Positions 19,706 to 29,394 of a stretch of 64,000 bases of DNA are shown one piece after another. The stretch comes from Bacteroidia bacterium. Lineage in GTDB: Bacteria > Bacteroidota > Bacteroidia > Bacteroidales > VadinHA17. The notes under the pieces were generated by a model, which was not told where the DNA came from, did not search any database, and worked only from the letters and a program-made list of their open reading frames with translations. Where the stretch lies: positions 16,821 through 80,820 of the forward strand of contig JAPLEB010000093.1 of NCBI GenBank assembly GCA_026391555.1, written 5' to 3'. Positions within the stretch are counted from its first letter, which is position 1. Each line of letters opens with the position of its first letter. Position numbers and translations under genes: made by a program.

Positions 19706-20548
19706 TTACATATTCTTCAGTAAATAATCACGGCTTATTCTTGCGCTCTCAAGAGGTGTATGGGTTTTACAGTTATCCTGCTCAACGAAGAAATACTTCA
19801 TCCCGGCCTTTTTAGTTAATGCAAAAATCGGTTTAAAATCAATTGTACCTTCGCCCATTGTTGCGTCCTTTTTATCAGATGACATATCTTTCATATGCAG
19901 AAGTGTGTACCTGCCCGGATATTTGTTAATATATTCAACAGCACTTTGATCACCGGCGGTTATCCAGCAAAGATCAAGTTCAAATATAACCAGCTTTGAA
20001 TCTGTCCTTGTAACGAGTAAATCGTAAGGGATCTGGTCGTCTATTTTTTTAAATTCAATCGAGTGATTATGGAAACCAAATTTCATCCCGGCATTTTTGC
20101 ACTTCTCCCCTGCCAGGTTAAAGAAATCAGCTGCCTGCTTGAAACCATCGAGTGATTTTCCCCAGTCACCCGGGAGAGAAGGCAGTACAACATATTTCAA
20201 GCCGGCTTCGGAGCAATCAGCCACAACTTTATCAATATTTGAAGTATTTAATCCTCCGTTATGGCTGCTGAGTAATTGCATTCCAAAACTTTCAACCTTT
20301 TTACGGAAATCGGCCGGTTTAAGATTATAGAAAAGACCGTTGGAATAATTTGCTGCTTCAACCCAGTTATATCCCATATCTGCAACTGCTTTCAGGGTAC
20401 CATCCGTATCACTAATCATCTCATTACGGACTGTGTAAAGAATCAATCCGGTTTTAATACCGGCAGGTTTAAAATCCAAAGAAGGTAAAAATGCTGTTGC
20501 CGCTGCAGCAATTCCGGCTTTTTTCAGGAAATCTCTTCGTGTTACCAT
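19706..20548 (-). CDS. Tat-exported sugar phosphate isomerase/epimerase (xylose-isomerase-like TIM barrel)
   Basis: RRDFL Tat motif; FHNHSIEF, FELDLCW, LLHMKD, FFVEQD metal ligands. Confidence 0.88.
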   Translation of the reverse strand: MVTRRDFLKKAGIAAAATAFLPSLDFKPAGIKTGLILYTVRNEMISDTDGTLKAVADMGYNWVEAANYSNGLFYNLKPADFRKKVESFGMQLLSSHNGGLNTSNIDKVVADCSEAGLKYVVLPSLPGDWGKSLDGFKQAADFFNLAGEKCKNAGMKFGFHNHSIEFKKIDDQIPYDLLVTRTDSKLVIFELDLCWITAGDQSAVEYINKYPGRYTLLHMKDMSSDKKDATMGEGTIDFKPIFALTKKAGMKYFFVEQDNCKTHTPLESARISRDYLLKNM

Positions 20549-20816
20549 ATTTTAGGAATTAAATGAATATTAATTTATTAAAATACTTTGAAATCTGATT
20601 ACAAATTTATTAATAAATGTGATAGTAAGTAATTTTTACTTATAATCATTTCAGACATTAGTATTGAGTGATATAAGGACAGCAGGCAGCAGGCTTTAGG
20701 CGGAGCAAAGACAGAACGGGATAACAGTGAAATGGTACAACGGCAAAAGGTTACAGGAGTAAATTTTTTCAAAAAGGTTATTTATTAATGTACTTTTGAT
20801 ATCAGATAAAAATGGT

Positions 20817-21833
20817 ATGATACCCCTTTTTAAAATAAACGATAAGAACCTTGAATGCCTGTTATGTCCTCATTATTGTAAGCTTAAGTCAGGAAAGACA
20901 GGCATTTGCGGCGTGAGGAAAAACACAGGAGATAAAATTGAGTTGCTTACATACGGCGTCCTCTCAGGATTTTCGCTTGACCCGGTAGAAAAAAAACCAC
21001 TTTATCATTTTTTCCCAGGATATAATATTTTGTCTGTAGGATCATACGGCTGTAATATGAGATGTGATTTTTGCCAGAATTACAATATATCTCAGAAAAT
21101 CCCTGAAGGCATGATCCCGGAAACAACTCCTGAAAAAATTGTTAAGGCAGCTCTTTCTGCTGAAAAGAATATTGGCCTGGCATTTACTTACAATGAGCCG
21201 GTTATCTGGTTTGAGTTTATGAGAGATACAGCAACAGTTGCTCAAAATGAAGGGTTATTTACGGTTATGGTCAGCAACGGGTATGTCAACAGTGAACCTA
21301 TGAATGAAATAATTCAATTCATTAATGCTTTTAATATTGACCTTAAAGCCTTTAATAACAAATTTTACAGAAAACTTACCGGCTCAGACATTGAACCTGT
21401 TCAGAATAGTCTGAAGCAGATTGCAAAGTCGGGGAAACATCTGGAAATTACTACTCTTATTATACCGGGGCAGAATGATGATGAGAGGGAAATGGCTTTA
21501 CAGGCGGAATGGATCGCATGTGAACTGGGGAAAGATGTTCCTCTTCATCTCAGCAGGTACTTCCCCATGTACAAGAGGGACGATCCGGCAACATCACAGG
21601 AAACTCTGAACAAACTTTTTGAGATCGCCTCCGGGAAACTGGATCATGTCTATATGGGAAATTCAATCTCAGAATCAGGACAAAACACTTTATGTCCGAA
21701 ATGCGGTACTATCGTTACAATACGATCAGGATATAAAACCCGGCTGTTAAACCTGGACAGAGGAGGAAAATGTACCGGTTGCGGAACATTGGTTTACAAA
21801 CACTTTACTTTTTCTTCTCCGTTAAAGCGCTGA
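20817..21833 (+). CDS. amrS: AmmeMemoRadiSam system radical SAM enzyme
   Basis: CLLCPHYC...CGVR N-terminus, DPVEKKPLYHF, CNMRCDFCQN SAM cluster motif, C-terminal CPKC/CTGC; ATG 20817 preferred because -7 box TACTTTTG lies at 20791-20798. Confidence 0.9.
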   Translation: MIPLFKINDKNLECLLCPHYCKLKSGKTGICGVRKNTGDKIELLTYGVLSGFSLDPVEKKPLYHFFPGYNILSVGSYGCNMRCDFCQNYNISQKIPEGMIPETTPEKIVKAALSAEKNIGLAFTYNEPVIWFEFMRDTATVAQNEGLFTVMVSNGYVNSEPMNEIIQFINAFNIDLKAFNNKFYRKLTGSDIEPVQNSLKQIAKSGKHLEITTLIIPGQNDDEREMALQAEWIACELGKDVPLHLSRYFPMYKRDDPATSQETLNKLFEIASGKLDHVYMGNSISESGQNTLCPKCGTIVTIRSGYKTRLLNLDRGGKCTGCGTLVYKHFTFSSPLKR

Positions 21834-22098
21834 GCCTGATAAAAAGCTTATCGACGCCTGTCATGAGATCTTTTTCAACCGTCTTATAATAAGCCTTCAC
21901 AATTTTAGGATTATCCTTGCCGTCAGGGTTATTAACCCGTGCTATAAGATCATTTCTGAAATTAACGGCATCAGACATTATGGTTGATAATTCATCAGAT
22001 TTATTTTCAGGATGAACTCCTGAATAAACAAAACAATCAGAAATCACTTCAAAAATCAGGTAATCAATATCTTTTTTCAGTTCTCTTACACTTGCCAT
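21805..22098 (-). CDS. Conserved hypothetical helical protein (Bacteroidota-type)
   Basis: MASVRELKKDIDY...RVN; own -7 box (CAAATATA on plus strand, 22127-22134). Confidence 0.75.
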   Translation of the reverse strand: MASVRELKKDIDYLIFEVISDCFVYSGVHPENKSDELSTIMSDAVNFRNDLIARVNNPDGKDNPKIVKAYYKTVEKDLMTGVDKLFIRLSALTEKKK

Positions 22099-22168
22099 AC
22101 GATACAGGTTTGAATTAATAAGGGTTCAAATATAATAAATATCCTTCAGACTGTTCAACGGGCTACCA

Positions 22169-22996
22169 TTATTCAGGTCTGAAAAGCCGCGTACTCTCAT
22201 CAACTTTTACCAGATACAGCTGCCTTAACCTCTCCATAAGCGGCAGTCTGACATTGAAAAATTTATCGCCAATACAATAAAAAGGGAGAACCATTGGGGA
22301 AGTCCCGGTCATAAAAACCGCATCATATTTCAAAATATCTTCAGATTTCACGCAGGATAATTCCACTTTAATCTTGTTTTCTCTGCATATTTCAAGAATA
22401 TGTTTACGTGTAATTCCATTAAGAATAATGTTATCAGGCGCTGTTACCAGAGTCTCTCCTTTTATAAAAAATATATTGGAACGGCTCCCTTCAGTAATTA
22501 ATTTATTATCGTTCACGAGAAGAACTTCGTAACCACCTTCCTGAATGAGTTTATGATAGATTGATGACCTCAGTTTATGGTCGATTACTTTTGATTCAGG
22601 GTCCTTCCGTTCAGCAAAAAAGAGAATACCTTTCACTCCTTTTTTATACTGTTCACCAGATGGATAAATTGGCTCAATAAAGTAGACCAGGTAATTATCT
22701 GAGCCCTTATTATAGTTAAAGACGATTTTGATGTTTATCTCCTTTTTCCTGTCTGATCTGGTAAGCGAGATGATTGCCTTTCTTAAAGCAGGAACATCAG
22801 CCAGGTGTTTTTTTCGCTGAAGTTTTACACTCGAGGCCAGCCGTTCCATGTGGTCATGAAAAAAGACGGGACACCCCTTTACCATCCTGATCACTTCATA
22901 AATTGAATCACCCTCATAAACCATTGAATTATCGAACAATTCTGCCGGTTGAAGATCTCCGTTAAGTATGAATTTTTTTCCATAACATTCATTCAT
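22169..22996 (-). CDS. Aminotransferase class IV (IlvE/PabC-like, PLP)
   Basis: IYEVIR, HMERL, ITEGSRSNIF, ILNGITR, FMTGTS; start revised from 23050 because a -7 box lies at 23017-23024. Confidence 0.85.
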   Translation of the reverse strand: MNECYGKKFILNGDLQPAELFDNSMVYEGDSIYEVIRMVKGCPVFFHDHMERLASSVKLQRKKHLADVPALRKAIISLTRSDRKKEINIKIVFNYNKGSDNYLVYFIEPIYPSGEQYKKGVKGILFFAERKDPESKVIDHKLRSSIYHKLIQEGGYEVLLVNDNKLITEGSRSNIFFIKGETLVTAPDNIILNGITRKHILEICRENKIKVELSCVKSEDILKYDAVFMTGTSPMVLPFYCIGDKFFNVRLPLMERLRQLYLVKVDESTRLFRPE

Positions 22997-23095
22997 GATA
23001 AACATTTTTTGACAGACAAAAATACAAACTATCAGCCAATCTGCCCGCAATTCTGATTATATTCGTAGCCGCCATTTCAAAGGAGATTTCAACAG

Positions 23096-23803
23096 ATGTA
23101 TGCGATTATTGAAAACATAAGACAAGAACTGATCCGGGATGCTGATGAAAAGACAAAGCAGTCAGGAGAGAGATTCTTTAAGGAAGAAGTTAAACTGTAC
23201 GGTGTCAAATCAGCTGTAGTCCACCAGATCGGAAAGGAACATTTTAAAGTTATACCTGATAAAAATAAATCACATATTTTCTCTCTATGCGAAGAACTAT
23301 GGAAATCGGGTATTATGGAGGAATCATTTATTGCTTGTAACTGGTCATATAATGTCCATAAACAATACGAGCCGGCTGATTTTGAGGTCTTTGAAAGATG
23401 GGTTAACAACTATGTAAGTAACTGGGCATCGTGCGATACATTTTGCAATCATACAGTGGGAACACTTGTTGAAAAGTACCCATCCCTGCTTTCCGGATTG
23501 AAGAGATGGGCAAAATCGCAGAACCGGTGGGTTAAGCGTGCTTCTGCAGTATCGCTTATTGTACCTGCAAGGAATGGCAAATTCTTAGAAGACATTTTCG
23601 AAATAGCTGATATTCTTCATTCTGACAGTGATGATATGGTGCAAAAAGGATATGGATGGATGCTTAAAGCTGCAAGCCAGGCTCACCAGAATGAGGTGTT
23701 CGATTATGTTTTCAGCAAAAAGGCAACTATGCCAAGAACTTCACTAAGATATGCAATAGAAAAAATGACGAAGGAATTAAAAGCAAAGGCAATGGCAAAA
23801 TAG
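23096..23803 (+). CDS. DNA alkylation repair protein (AlkD-like HEAT-repeat)
   Basis: NWASCDTFC, WVKRAS, DDMVQKGYGWMLK, RTSLRYAIEK. Confidence 0.85.
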   Translation: MYAIIENIRQELIRDADEKTKQSGERFFKEEVKLYGVKSAVVHQIGKEHFKVIPDKNKSHIFSLCEELWKSGIMEESFIACNWSYNVHKQYEPADFEVFERWVNNYVSNWASCDTFCNHTVGTLVEKYPSLLSGLKRWAKSQNRWVKRASAVSLIVPARNGKFLEDIFEIADILHSDSDDMVQKGYGWMLKAASQAHQNEVFDYVFSKKATMPRTSLRYAIEKMTKELKAKAMAK

Positions 23804-23817
23804 TTTATCCTGTTTCT

Positions 23818-23825
23818 TACCTTTG
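23818..23825 (+). promoter_or_regulatory. Bacteroidota housekeeping -7 promoter box for ggt
   Basis: TACCTTTG (consensus TAnnTTTG) 20 nt upstream of the ATG. Confidence 0.6.
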
Positions 23826-23845
23826 CATTATTATATAAACTCGAA

Positions 23846-25534
23846 ATGAGAAGAATCCTTTCAATAATTTTTGCTCTTTTAATACCTGCTATTACATTTT
23901 CACAGGACAGGATCACAGGGCGGGATTTCGCAACACGCTCAGAAGTTATTGCCCGCAACGGTATGGCAGCAACAAGTCAGCCGCTTGCCACACAGGTAGC
24001 CCTCGATATACTAAAAAAGGGCGGCAATGCCATTGATGCGGCAATTGCCGCTAATGCAGTACTGGGAGTTGTTGAACCGACGGGCGCCGGGATCGGTGGA
24101 GATCTGTTTGCAATAATCTGGAGTGCAGATAAGGGGAAGTTATACGGACTTAATGCCAGCGGAAGATCGCCCCGTTCGCTTAAGCTTGAATATTTCAAGG
24201 AAAACGGGTATGAGTTCATTCCTTCGTATGGTCCTCTGCCTGTTTCAGTTCCGGGATGTGTTGACGGCTGGTTTGAAATGCATGATATGTTCGGCCGACT
24301 GCCAATGAAGGAAATCCTTCAACCTGCAATAAGCTACGCCAGGGATGGCTTTCCGGTAACAGAAGTAATTGCATATTATCTCGACAAAGGGACAGCAATT
24401 TTGAAAGAATATCCGAATATTAAAGAGGTTTATATGCCAGGAGGGAAGGCTCCTTCCAAAGGTGAAATTTTTAAAAACCCTTTACTGGCCAATACTCTTG
24501 AAAAAATAATAAAAGGGGGGCGAAATGAGTTTTACAGGGGTACCATAGCCAGAAATATTGATGCATTTATGAAAAAGCAGGGTGGTTTCCTCACTTTTGA
24601 TGATATGTCGCGACATCATTCTGAATGGGTAGAGCCGGTAAGTACAACCTACCGGGGTTATGAGGTTTGGGAACTGCCACCAAACGCACAGGGAATTGCT
24701 GCGCTACAGATGCTGAACATCCTCGAAGGCTTTGATATTGCCTCTATGGGCTTTGGATCATCCGAATATATTCATGTTTTTACCGAGGCTAAAAAACTTG
24801 CTTTTGAAGATCGTGCAAAGTATTATGCCGATCCTGTTTTCAACACAACACCTGTTGCACAACTGATCTCAAAAAAATATGCTGCAGAAAGACGAAAACT
24901 GATCGATCGCGAAAAGGCTGCAAAGATATTCGATGCAGGTAAGGTTGAAGCCGGAAATACAATATATCTCGCCGTGGCAGATAAATATGGCAACATGGTT
25001 TCACTTATCCAGAGTAATTACCGTGGAATGGGATCAGGCATGTGTCCTACCGGTCTTGGTTTTGTCCTGCAGGACAGGGGTGAAATGTTCAGCCTGGCAG
25101 AAGGGCATAACAATATTTACGCACCGGGAAAAAGACCATTTCATACAATAATTCCTGCCTTTATTACTAAAAACAATAAACCATGGATAAGCTTTGGTGT
25201 TATGGGTGGTGATATGCAACCGCAGGGGCAGGTGCAGATTGTTATCAATCTTATCGATTTTAAAATGAATCTGCAGGAGGCTGGCGATGCTCCAAGGATG
25301 CATCATATTGGATCATCCGAACCGACAGGCCAACAGATGACCGATGGAGGAATTCTGCTTCTTGAAAACGGATTTCGTGTGGAAGTCATTCAAAAGCTAA
25401 TGTCAATGGGACATACAATACAATGGGATCTTGGCGGTTATGGTGGTTACCAGGCGATCATGTGGGATGCGAAGAATAAAGTATGGTTCGGAGCCTCCGA
25501 ATCGAGAAAGGACGGGCAGGCAGCGGGGTATTGA
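23846..25534 (+). CDS. ggt: Gamma-glutamyltransferase
   Basis: GGNAIDAAIA, GIGGDLF, VSVPG, autoprocessing NTIY, PGKRPFHTIIP, GASESRKDG. Confidence 0.93.
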   Translation: MRRILSIIFALLIPAITFSQDRITGRDFATRSEVIARNGMAATSQPLATQVALDILKKGGNAIDAAIAANAVLGVVEPTGAGIGGDLFAIIWSADKGKLYGLNASGRSPRSLKLEYFKENGYEFIPSYGPLPVSVPGCVDGWFEMHDMFGRLPMKEILQPAISYARDGFPVTEVIAYYLDKGTAILKEYPNIKEVYMPGGKAPSKGEIFKNPLLANTLEKIIKGGRNEFYRGTIARNIDAFMKKQGGFLTFDDMSRHHSEWVEPVSTTYRGYEVWELPPNAQGIAALQMLNILEGFDIASMGFGSSEYIHVFTEAKKLAFEDRAKYYADPVFNTTPVAQLISKKYAAERRKLIDREKAAKIFDAGKVEAGNTIYLAVADKYGNMVSLIQSNYRGMGSGMCPTGLGFVLQDRGEMFSLAEGHNNIYAPGKRPFHTIIPAFITKNNKPWISFGVMGGDMQPQGQVQIVINLIDFKMNLQEAGDAPRMHHIGSSEPTGQQMTDGGILLLENGFRVEVIQKLMSMGHTIQWDLGGYGGYQAIMWDAKNKVWFGASESRKDGQAAGY

Positions 25535-25557
25535 CAAGACAAAAGATAAAAGTATAA

Positions 25558-25594
25558 AGTCGAAGCGCAGCGAAGATCCCGCTTAGGCGGGGAC
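25558..25594. repeat. REP-like GC-rich hairpin element
   Basis: GTCGAAGCGCAGCGAAGAT-CCCGC-TTAG-GCGGG-GAC; the hairpin core recurs at 36226-36241. Confidence 0.5.
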
Positions 25595-25683
25595 AAAAGT
25601 ATATACGTACTGAAGCTCATAAAATAATAAAACAGTAAAGACACAATATATTGCATCTCATAATAATAAATATCATTTACTAT

Positions 25684-27033
25684 ATGAAAAAGAACCTCCT
25701 TACTCTATCCCTCATCAGCACACTGATAATCAGCATGATATCGTGTAAGCAAAAACCCACACCCCTCACCGACTACACAAAAGAATCAAAAGATAGTTAT
25801 GAGGCACGTATGAAATGGTGGAACGACGCCCGCTTCGGTATGTTTATCCACTGGGGTGTTTATTCTGTTCCTGCAGGAATATATAACGGAAATGAAGTAA
25901 AAGGTGGCGGTGAATGGATAATGAACCGTGCCAAAATTCCAATTCCTGAATATGAAAAATTTGGAAAAGAATTCAATCCGGTTAAATTCGATGCAGCCGA
26001 ATGGGTAAGGATAGCTAAGGATGCCGGAATGAAATATATTGTTATCACCTCAAAGCATCATGATGGCTTTGGTCTGTGGAACTCAAAGGTTTCAAAATAT
26101 GATATTGTGGATTTTTCCCCTTATAGAAAAGATGTTCTTAAAATGCTTTCTGACGAGTGTGCTAAGCAGGGAATTACTCTTTGTTTCTATCACTCTATCA
26201 TGGACTGGCACCATCCCGATGCAAATGCAGAAAACTGGGCAAAATACCGTGAGAACTATCTTAAGCCCCAGCTCAAAGAACTGCTAACCGGTTATGGCAA
26301 GCCTGGTGTTCTGTGGTTTGATGGGGAGTGGATAAAAGAATGGACTGAAGACCAGGGAAAAGATATTTACAATTACTTAAGGAATATTCAGCCCGATCTG
26401 ATAATCAATAACCGCGTCGGGAAAGGACGCAAGGGAATGCAGGGAATGAATAAGGACACCAGCTTTGTCGGCGATTTCGGAACCCCTGAACAGGAAATAC
26501 TTTCAACATCTTCTTCTATGGCATGGGAATCGTGCATGACAATGAATAACACGTGGGGATTTAAAACCAATGATACAAACTGGAAATCATCGGAAAACCT
26601 TATAAAAAACCTTGTTGACATTGTATCAAAAGGTGGTAATTTTCTCCTGAATGTTGGTCCGACATCGGAAGGGCTCATCCCGGCTGCCAGTGTTGAAAGA
26701 TTAAAAGAGATGGGAAAATGGATCAAAGTGAACGGAGAGGCAATTTATGGTGTCAGACAACTGAAAAGTTATAAGGAGGGTGATGATCTGAGGTTCACTA
26801 TTTCAGCAGATGGTAAATTGATCAACGCCTTCATAATGAACTGGCCAGGCAAACAATTGAATATTAAACAGATAAAGCCTAATGATGGGTCAAAGATCCG
26901 AATGACCGGATATGATATCGATCTGAAATGGAATTATGATGTAGAAAAAGGATTGACAATTGAACTACCGGATCAGGCCAATCTGCCATGCAAATTTGTC
27001 TGGGTTTTAAAGATTGAAGGCGCAGAAATTTAA
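25684..27033 (+). CDS. Alpha-L-fucosidase (GH29), lipoprotein
   Basis: ISC lipobox; RFGMFIHWG, TSKHHDGF, LWFDGEW, WESCMT, GGNFLLNVGP. Confidence 0.92.
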   Translation: MKKNLLTLSLISTLIISMISCKQKPTPLTDYTKESKDSYEARMKWWNDARFGMFIHWGVYSVPAGIYNGNEVKGGGEWIMNRAKIPIPEYEKFGKEFNPVKFDAAEWVRIAKDAGMKYIVITSKHHDGFGLWNSKVSKYDIVDFSPYRKDVLKMLSDECAKQGITLCFYHSIMDWHHPDANAENWAKYRENYLKPQLKELLTGYGKPGVLWFDGEWIKEWTEDQGKDIYNYLRNIQPDLIINNRVGKGRKGMQGMNKDTSFVGDFGTPEQEILSTSSSMAWESCMTMNNTWGFKTNDTNWKSSENLIKNLVDIVSKGGNFLLNVGPTSEGLIPAASVERLKEMGKWIKVNGEAIYGVRQLKSYKEGDDLRFTISADGKLINAFIMNWPGKQLNIKQIKPNDGSKIRMTGYDIDLKWNYDVEKGLTIELPDQANLPCKFVWVLKIEGAEI

Positions 27034-27059
27034 CCCAATTATTTTAATATATTGGATTT

Positions 27060-27087
27060 GTAGGGACGCATCACGATGCGTCCTTAC
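27060..27087. repeat. 28-bp GTAG-type REP-like palindrome between convergent genes
   Basis: GTAGGGACGCAT-CACG-ATGCGTCCTTAC. Confidence 0.7.
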
Positions 27088-27842
27088 TATTTTATCCCTA
27101 ACAGATCCATCACACCATTAATAAATGTCAGTGGATGAACCGGATTACCCGGGACATAAAGATCAATATTATTCTCTTCAATAAATCTTCTGTCAAGAGC
27201 CGGACTTCCTTCAAAAATACCACCGCTGATAGCATCTGTCCCTGCAAGGATTATAATTCTTGGTTCAGGAATTGATTCATAGCATATCTTTAATGCTTCT
27301 GACATATTTTCGCTCACCGGACCTGTAATAACTATTCCATCAGCATGGCGTGGTGAAGCAACAAACTCAATTCCGTAGCGGCCTGAGTCAAAATTCACAT
27401 TGCCTGTAGCAGCAAGTTCCATTTCACAAGAATTATCTCCCCCGGCAGATACCTGGCGCAGCTTCAATGCACTTTTAAAAAGCCTTCTTATCTCTTTTCT
27501 TACCCTGTTTTCATCAAGTTGTACCGGAGTTTCAGAACCCGGTTTGATTATAAGTGCTTCCCTCACATTGGATGATATCCTGTAATCATTTGTGAACCTG
27601 ATCTTTTCGGGGAGCAGGAACGAACATTCTTTACAGTAAACACATCTGCCCATATCTATAGATCTTGATTTACCATCAATGGCCATTACCGGGCAGACGG
27701 CAGAGACAGTTTTGATTTCATCTTTTGTTATATCACCTGAAATGACCGGCCTCCCTCTGAACAACGCTGAAACAGGCTGGGTACGAAGGTTTTTGACATA
27801 TTGTCTGCCGTGACTCTTCAGAACTTTTATCTCTTTAAACAT
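27087..27842 (-). CDS. hyfI: Ehr / hydrogenase-4-like small subunit (NuoB/HyfI-like) fused to an N-terminal degenerate ferredoxin domain
   Basis: FVASPRHADGIVITGP; AGGDNSCEME; N-terminal VCP...CVYCKEC. Confidence 0.8.
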   Translation of the reverse strand: MFKEIKVLKSHGRQYVKNLRTQPVSALFRGRPVISGDITKDEIKTVSAVCPVMAIDGKSRSIDMGRCVYCKECSFLLPEKIRFTNDYRISSNVREALIIKPGSETPVQLDENRVRKEIRRLFKSALKLRQVSAGGDNSCEMELAATGNVNFDSGRYGIEFVASPRHADGIVITGPVSENMSEALKICYESIPEPRIIILAGTDAISGGIFEGSPALDRRFIEENNIDLYVPGNPVHPLTFINGVMDLLGIK

Positions 27843-27865
27843 AGTAGTTCACTTACTGTATAAGA

Positions 27866-29386
27866 TTATAAATCGTTTCCGCAATACGACAGGTTAAAGC
27901 TCTTATTACACACCGGGAAATCCGATATTTCCTGATTGCGCACTGCCAAAGCTAAAGCCAACCAATTATGCATTGAAGGATCTTTGACTTTGTAATGTGC
28001 AATATTTCCATTATTATCAGTGATAGCGATGTGACAAATTTCACCTCTCCATCCTTCGACCATCGAGATTGCAAAGCTGTTTGGCTTTAACTTATATTCA
28101 TAAACAGGCTTCTTGATGTCTTTAATTTTTTGTCGCCATATCTCAATAAGTTCATGAATAATTTTCACCGATTCACGTGCTTCAAGATTACGCTCCATAC
28201 CGCGTGCAAGAACATCGCCTGTCTCAAGAATTACCGGTCGAACCGGATAGTTTTTATAGTATTGAAAAGGATGTGTTTTTCGAATATCACGTAAAATCCC
28301 GCAGGTACGGGCAGCCATTCCAACGGCACCCAGGCTTAAAGCTTGTTGTCTGGTAAGTATCCCTATATCATCAAAACGGCCAAGAACACTTGGTAGGGAA
28401 TAAATAAGATCAGTTACTTCAGAATATCGTCTATCTGTATCATCAAGTACTCTGAGCATTTCGTCCATAATATTATTACTCATGGGATAATTACTGCCTC
28501 CGGGGCGAACTAATCCCTTCCCAAAGCGATTTCCGCACCAAAATTGAGTAGTATTTATTATTGTAGTTCTGAGCGCTTCACACACAACTTGTCCAAGCTG
28601 GTAAGCAACATCGCCGCATAAAGCAGCAGTGTCGCCAATGTGATTGGCAAGCCTTTCCATTTCCAAAGCGATGCACCTTTCGATCTGTAGCGCTTCGCTG
28701 ACCTGAATACCAGCTAATGACTCAATAAGCTGCGAGTGAGCCAGTGCATGTCCAACTGAAGTATCTCCGGCAATGCTTTCTGAAAGAACACATCTTTGTA
28801 ATGCATCGTTTTTTTCTATAAATAATTTTTCAATACCACGGTGCTGATACCCAAGTTGAATTTCGAGGTGTAAAACCTTTTCCCCGTTGCAGATAAACCT
28901 AAAGTGACCTGGTTCAATTATACCCGCATGTATCGGACCTACTCCCACCTCGTGCAACTCTTCGCTCTCAATCTCATAGAAAGGATAATTATCCATAATC
29001 TGTGACTTATCTGAACGTTCATGCGAATATCTAACCGGCTTTAACCATGGGTGCCCTTCGAATTTCACTCCAAAATTTTCATGAATCTCACGCTCAAAAA
29101 TATGAAGCTGGGAGCAAACCGGAGTTAATGATTTCAATACAGGTTTATCCTTATTAATCACGTGAGCAAACACTTTAATACTATTATTATTGTCATCAGC
29201 AATACAACAATAAAGTTTCAGTTTACCCGCTGATTCTACACCGTAATAGGCAACGCAGTGTTTTACTTCATCTTTTAAAAAAGCCATAATCTGATCAAAA
29301 AAAATATCATATTTTAATATCGGTATTTCGTTAAGGTCAGTCGGTAATGAATTGTTTATTATTTCTATATATAGTTTTTGATCCAT
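27866..29386 (-). CDS. hyfG: Ehr / hydrogenase-4-like large subunit (NuoCD/HyfG-like) lacking Ni-binding cysteines
   Basis: FEREIHE...GHPW, VGPIHAGIIEPGHFRF, GYQHRGIEK, VEGWRGE, KDPS; C-terminus KSFNLSYCGNDL. Confidence 0.85.
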   Translation of the reverse strand: MDQKLYIEIINNSLPTDLNEIPILKYDIFFDQIMAFLKDEVKHCVAYYGVESAGKLKLYCCIADDNNNSIKVFAHVINKDKPVLKSLTPVCSQLHIFEREIHENFGVKFEGHPWLKPVRYSHERSDKSQIMDNYPFYEIESEELHEVGVGPIHAGIIEPGHFRFICNGEKVLHLEIQLGYQHRGIEKLFIEKNDALQRCVLSESIAGDTSVGHALAHSQLIESLAGIQVSEALQIERCIALEMERLANHIGDTAALCGDVAYQLGQVVCEALRTTIINTTQFWCGNRFGKGLVRPGGSNYPMSNNIMDEMLRVLDDTDRRYSEVTDLIYSLPSVLGRFDDIGILTRQQALSLGAVGMAARTCGILRDIRKTHPFQYYKNYPVRPVILETGDVLARGMERNLEARESVKIIHELIEIWRQKIKDIKKPVYEYKLKPNSFAISMVEGWRGEICHIAITDNNGNIAHYKVKDPSMHNWLALALAVRNQEISDFPVCNKSFNLSYCGNDL

Positions 29387-29394
29387 GATAATTA

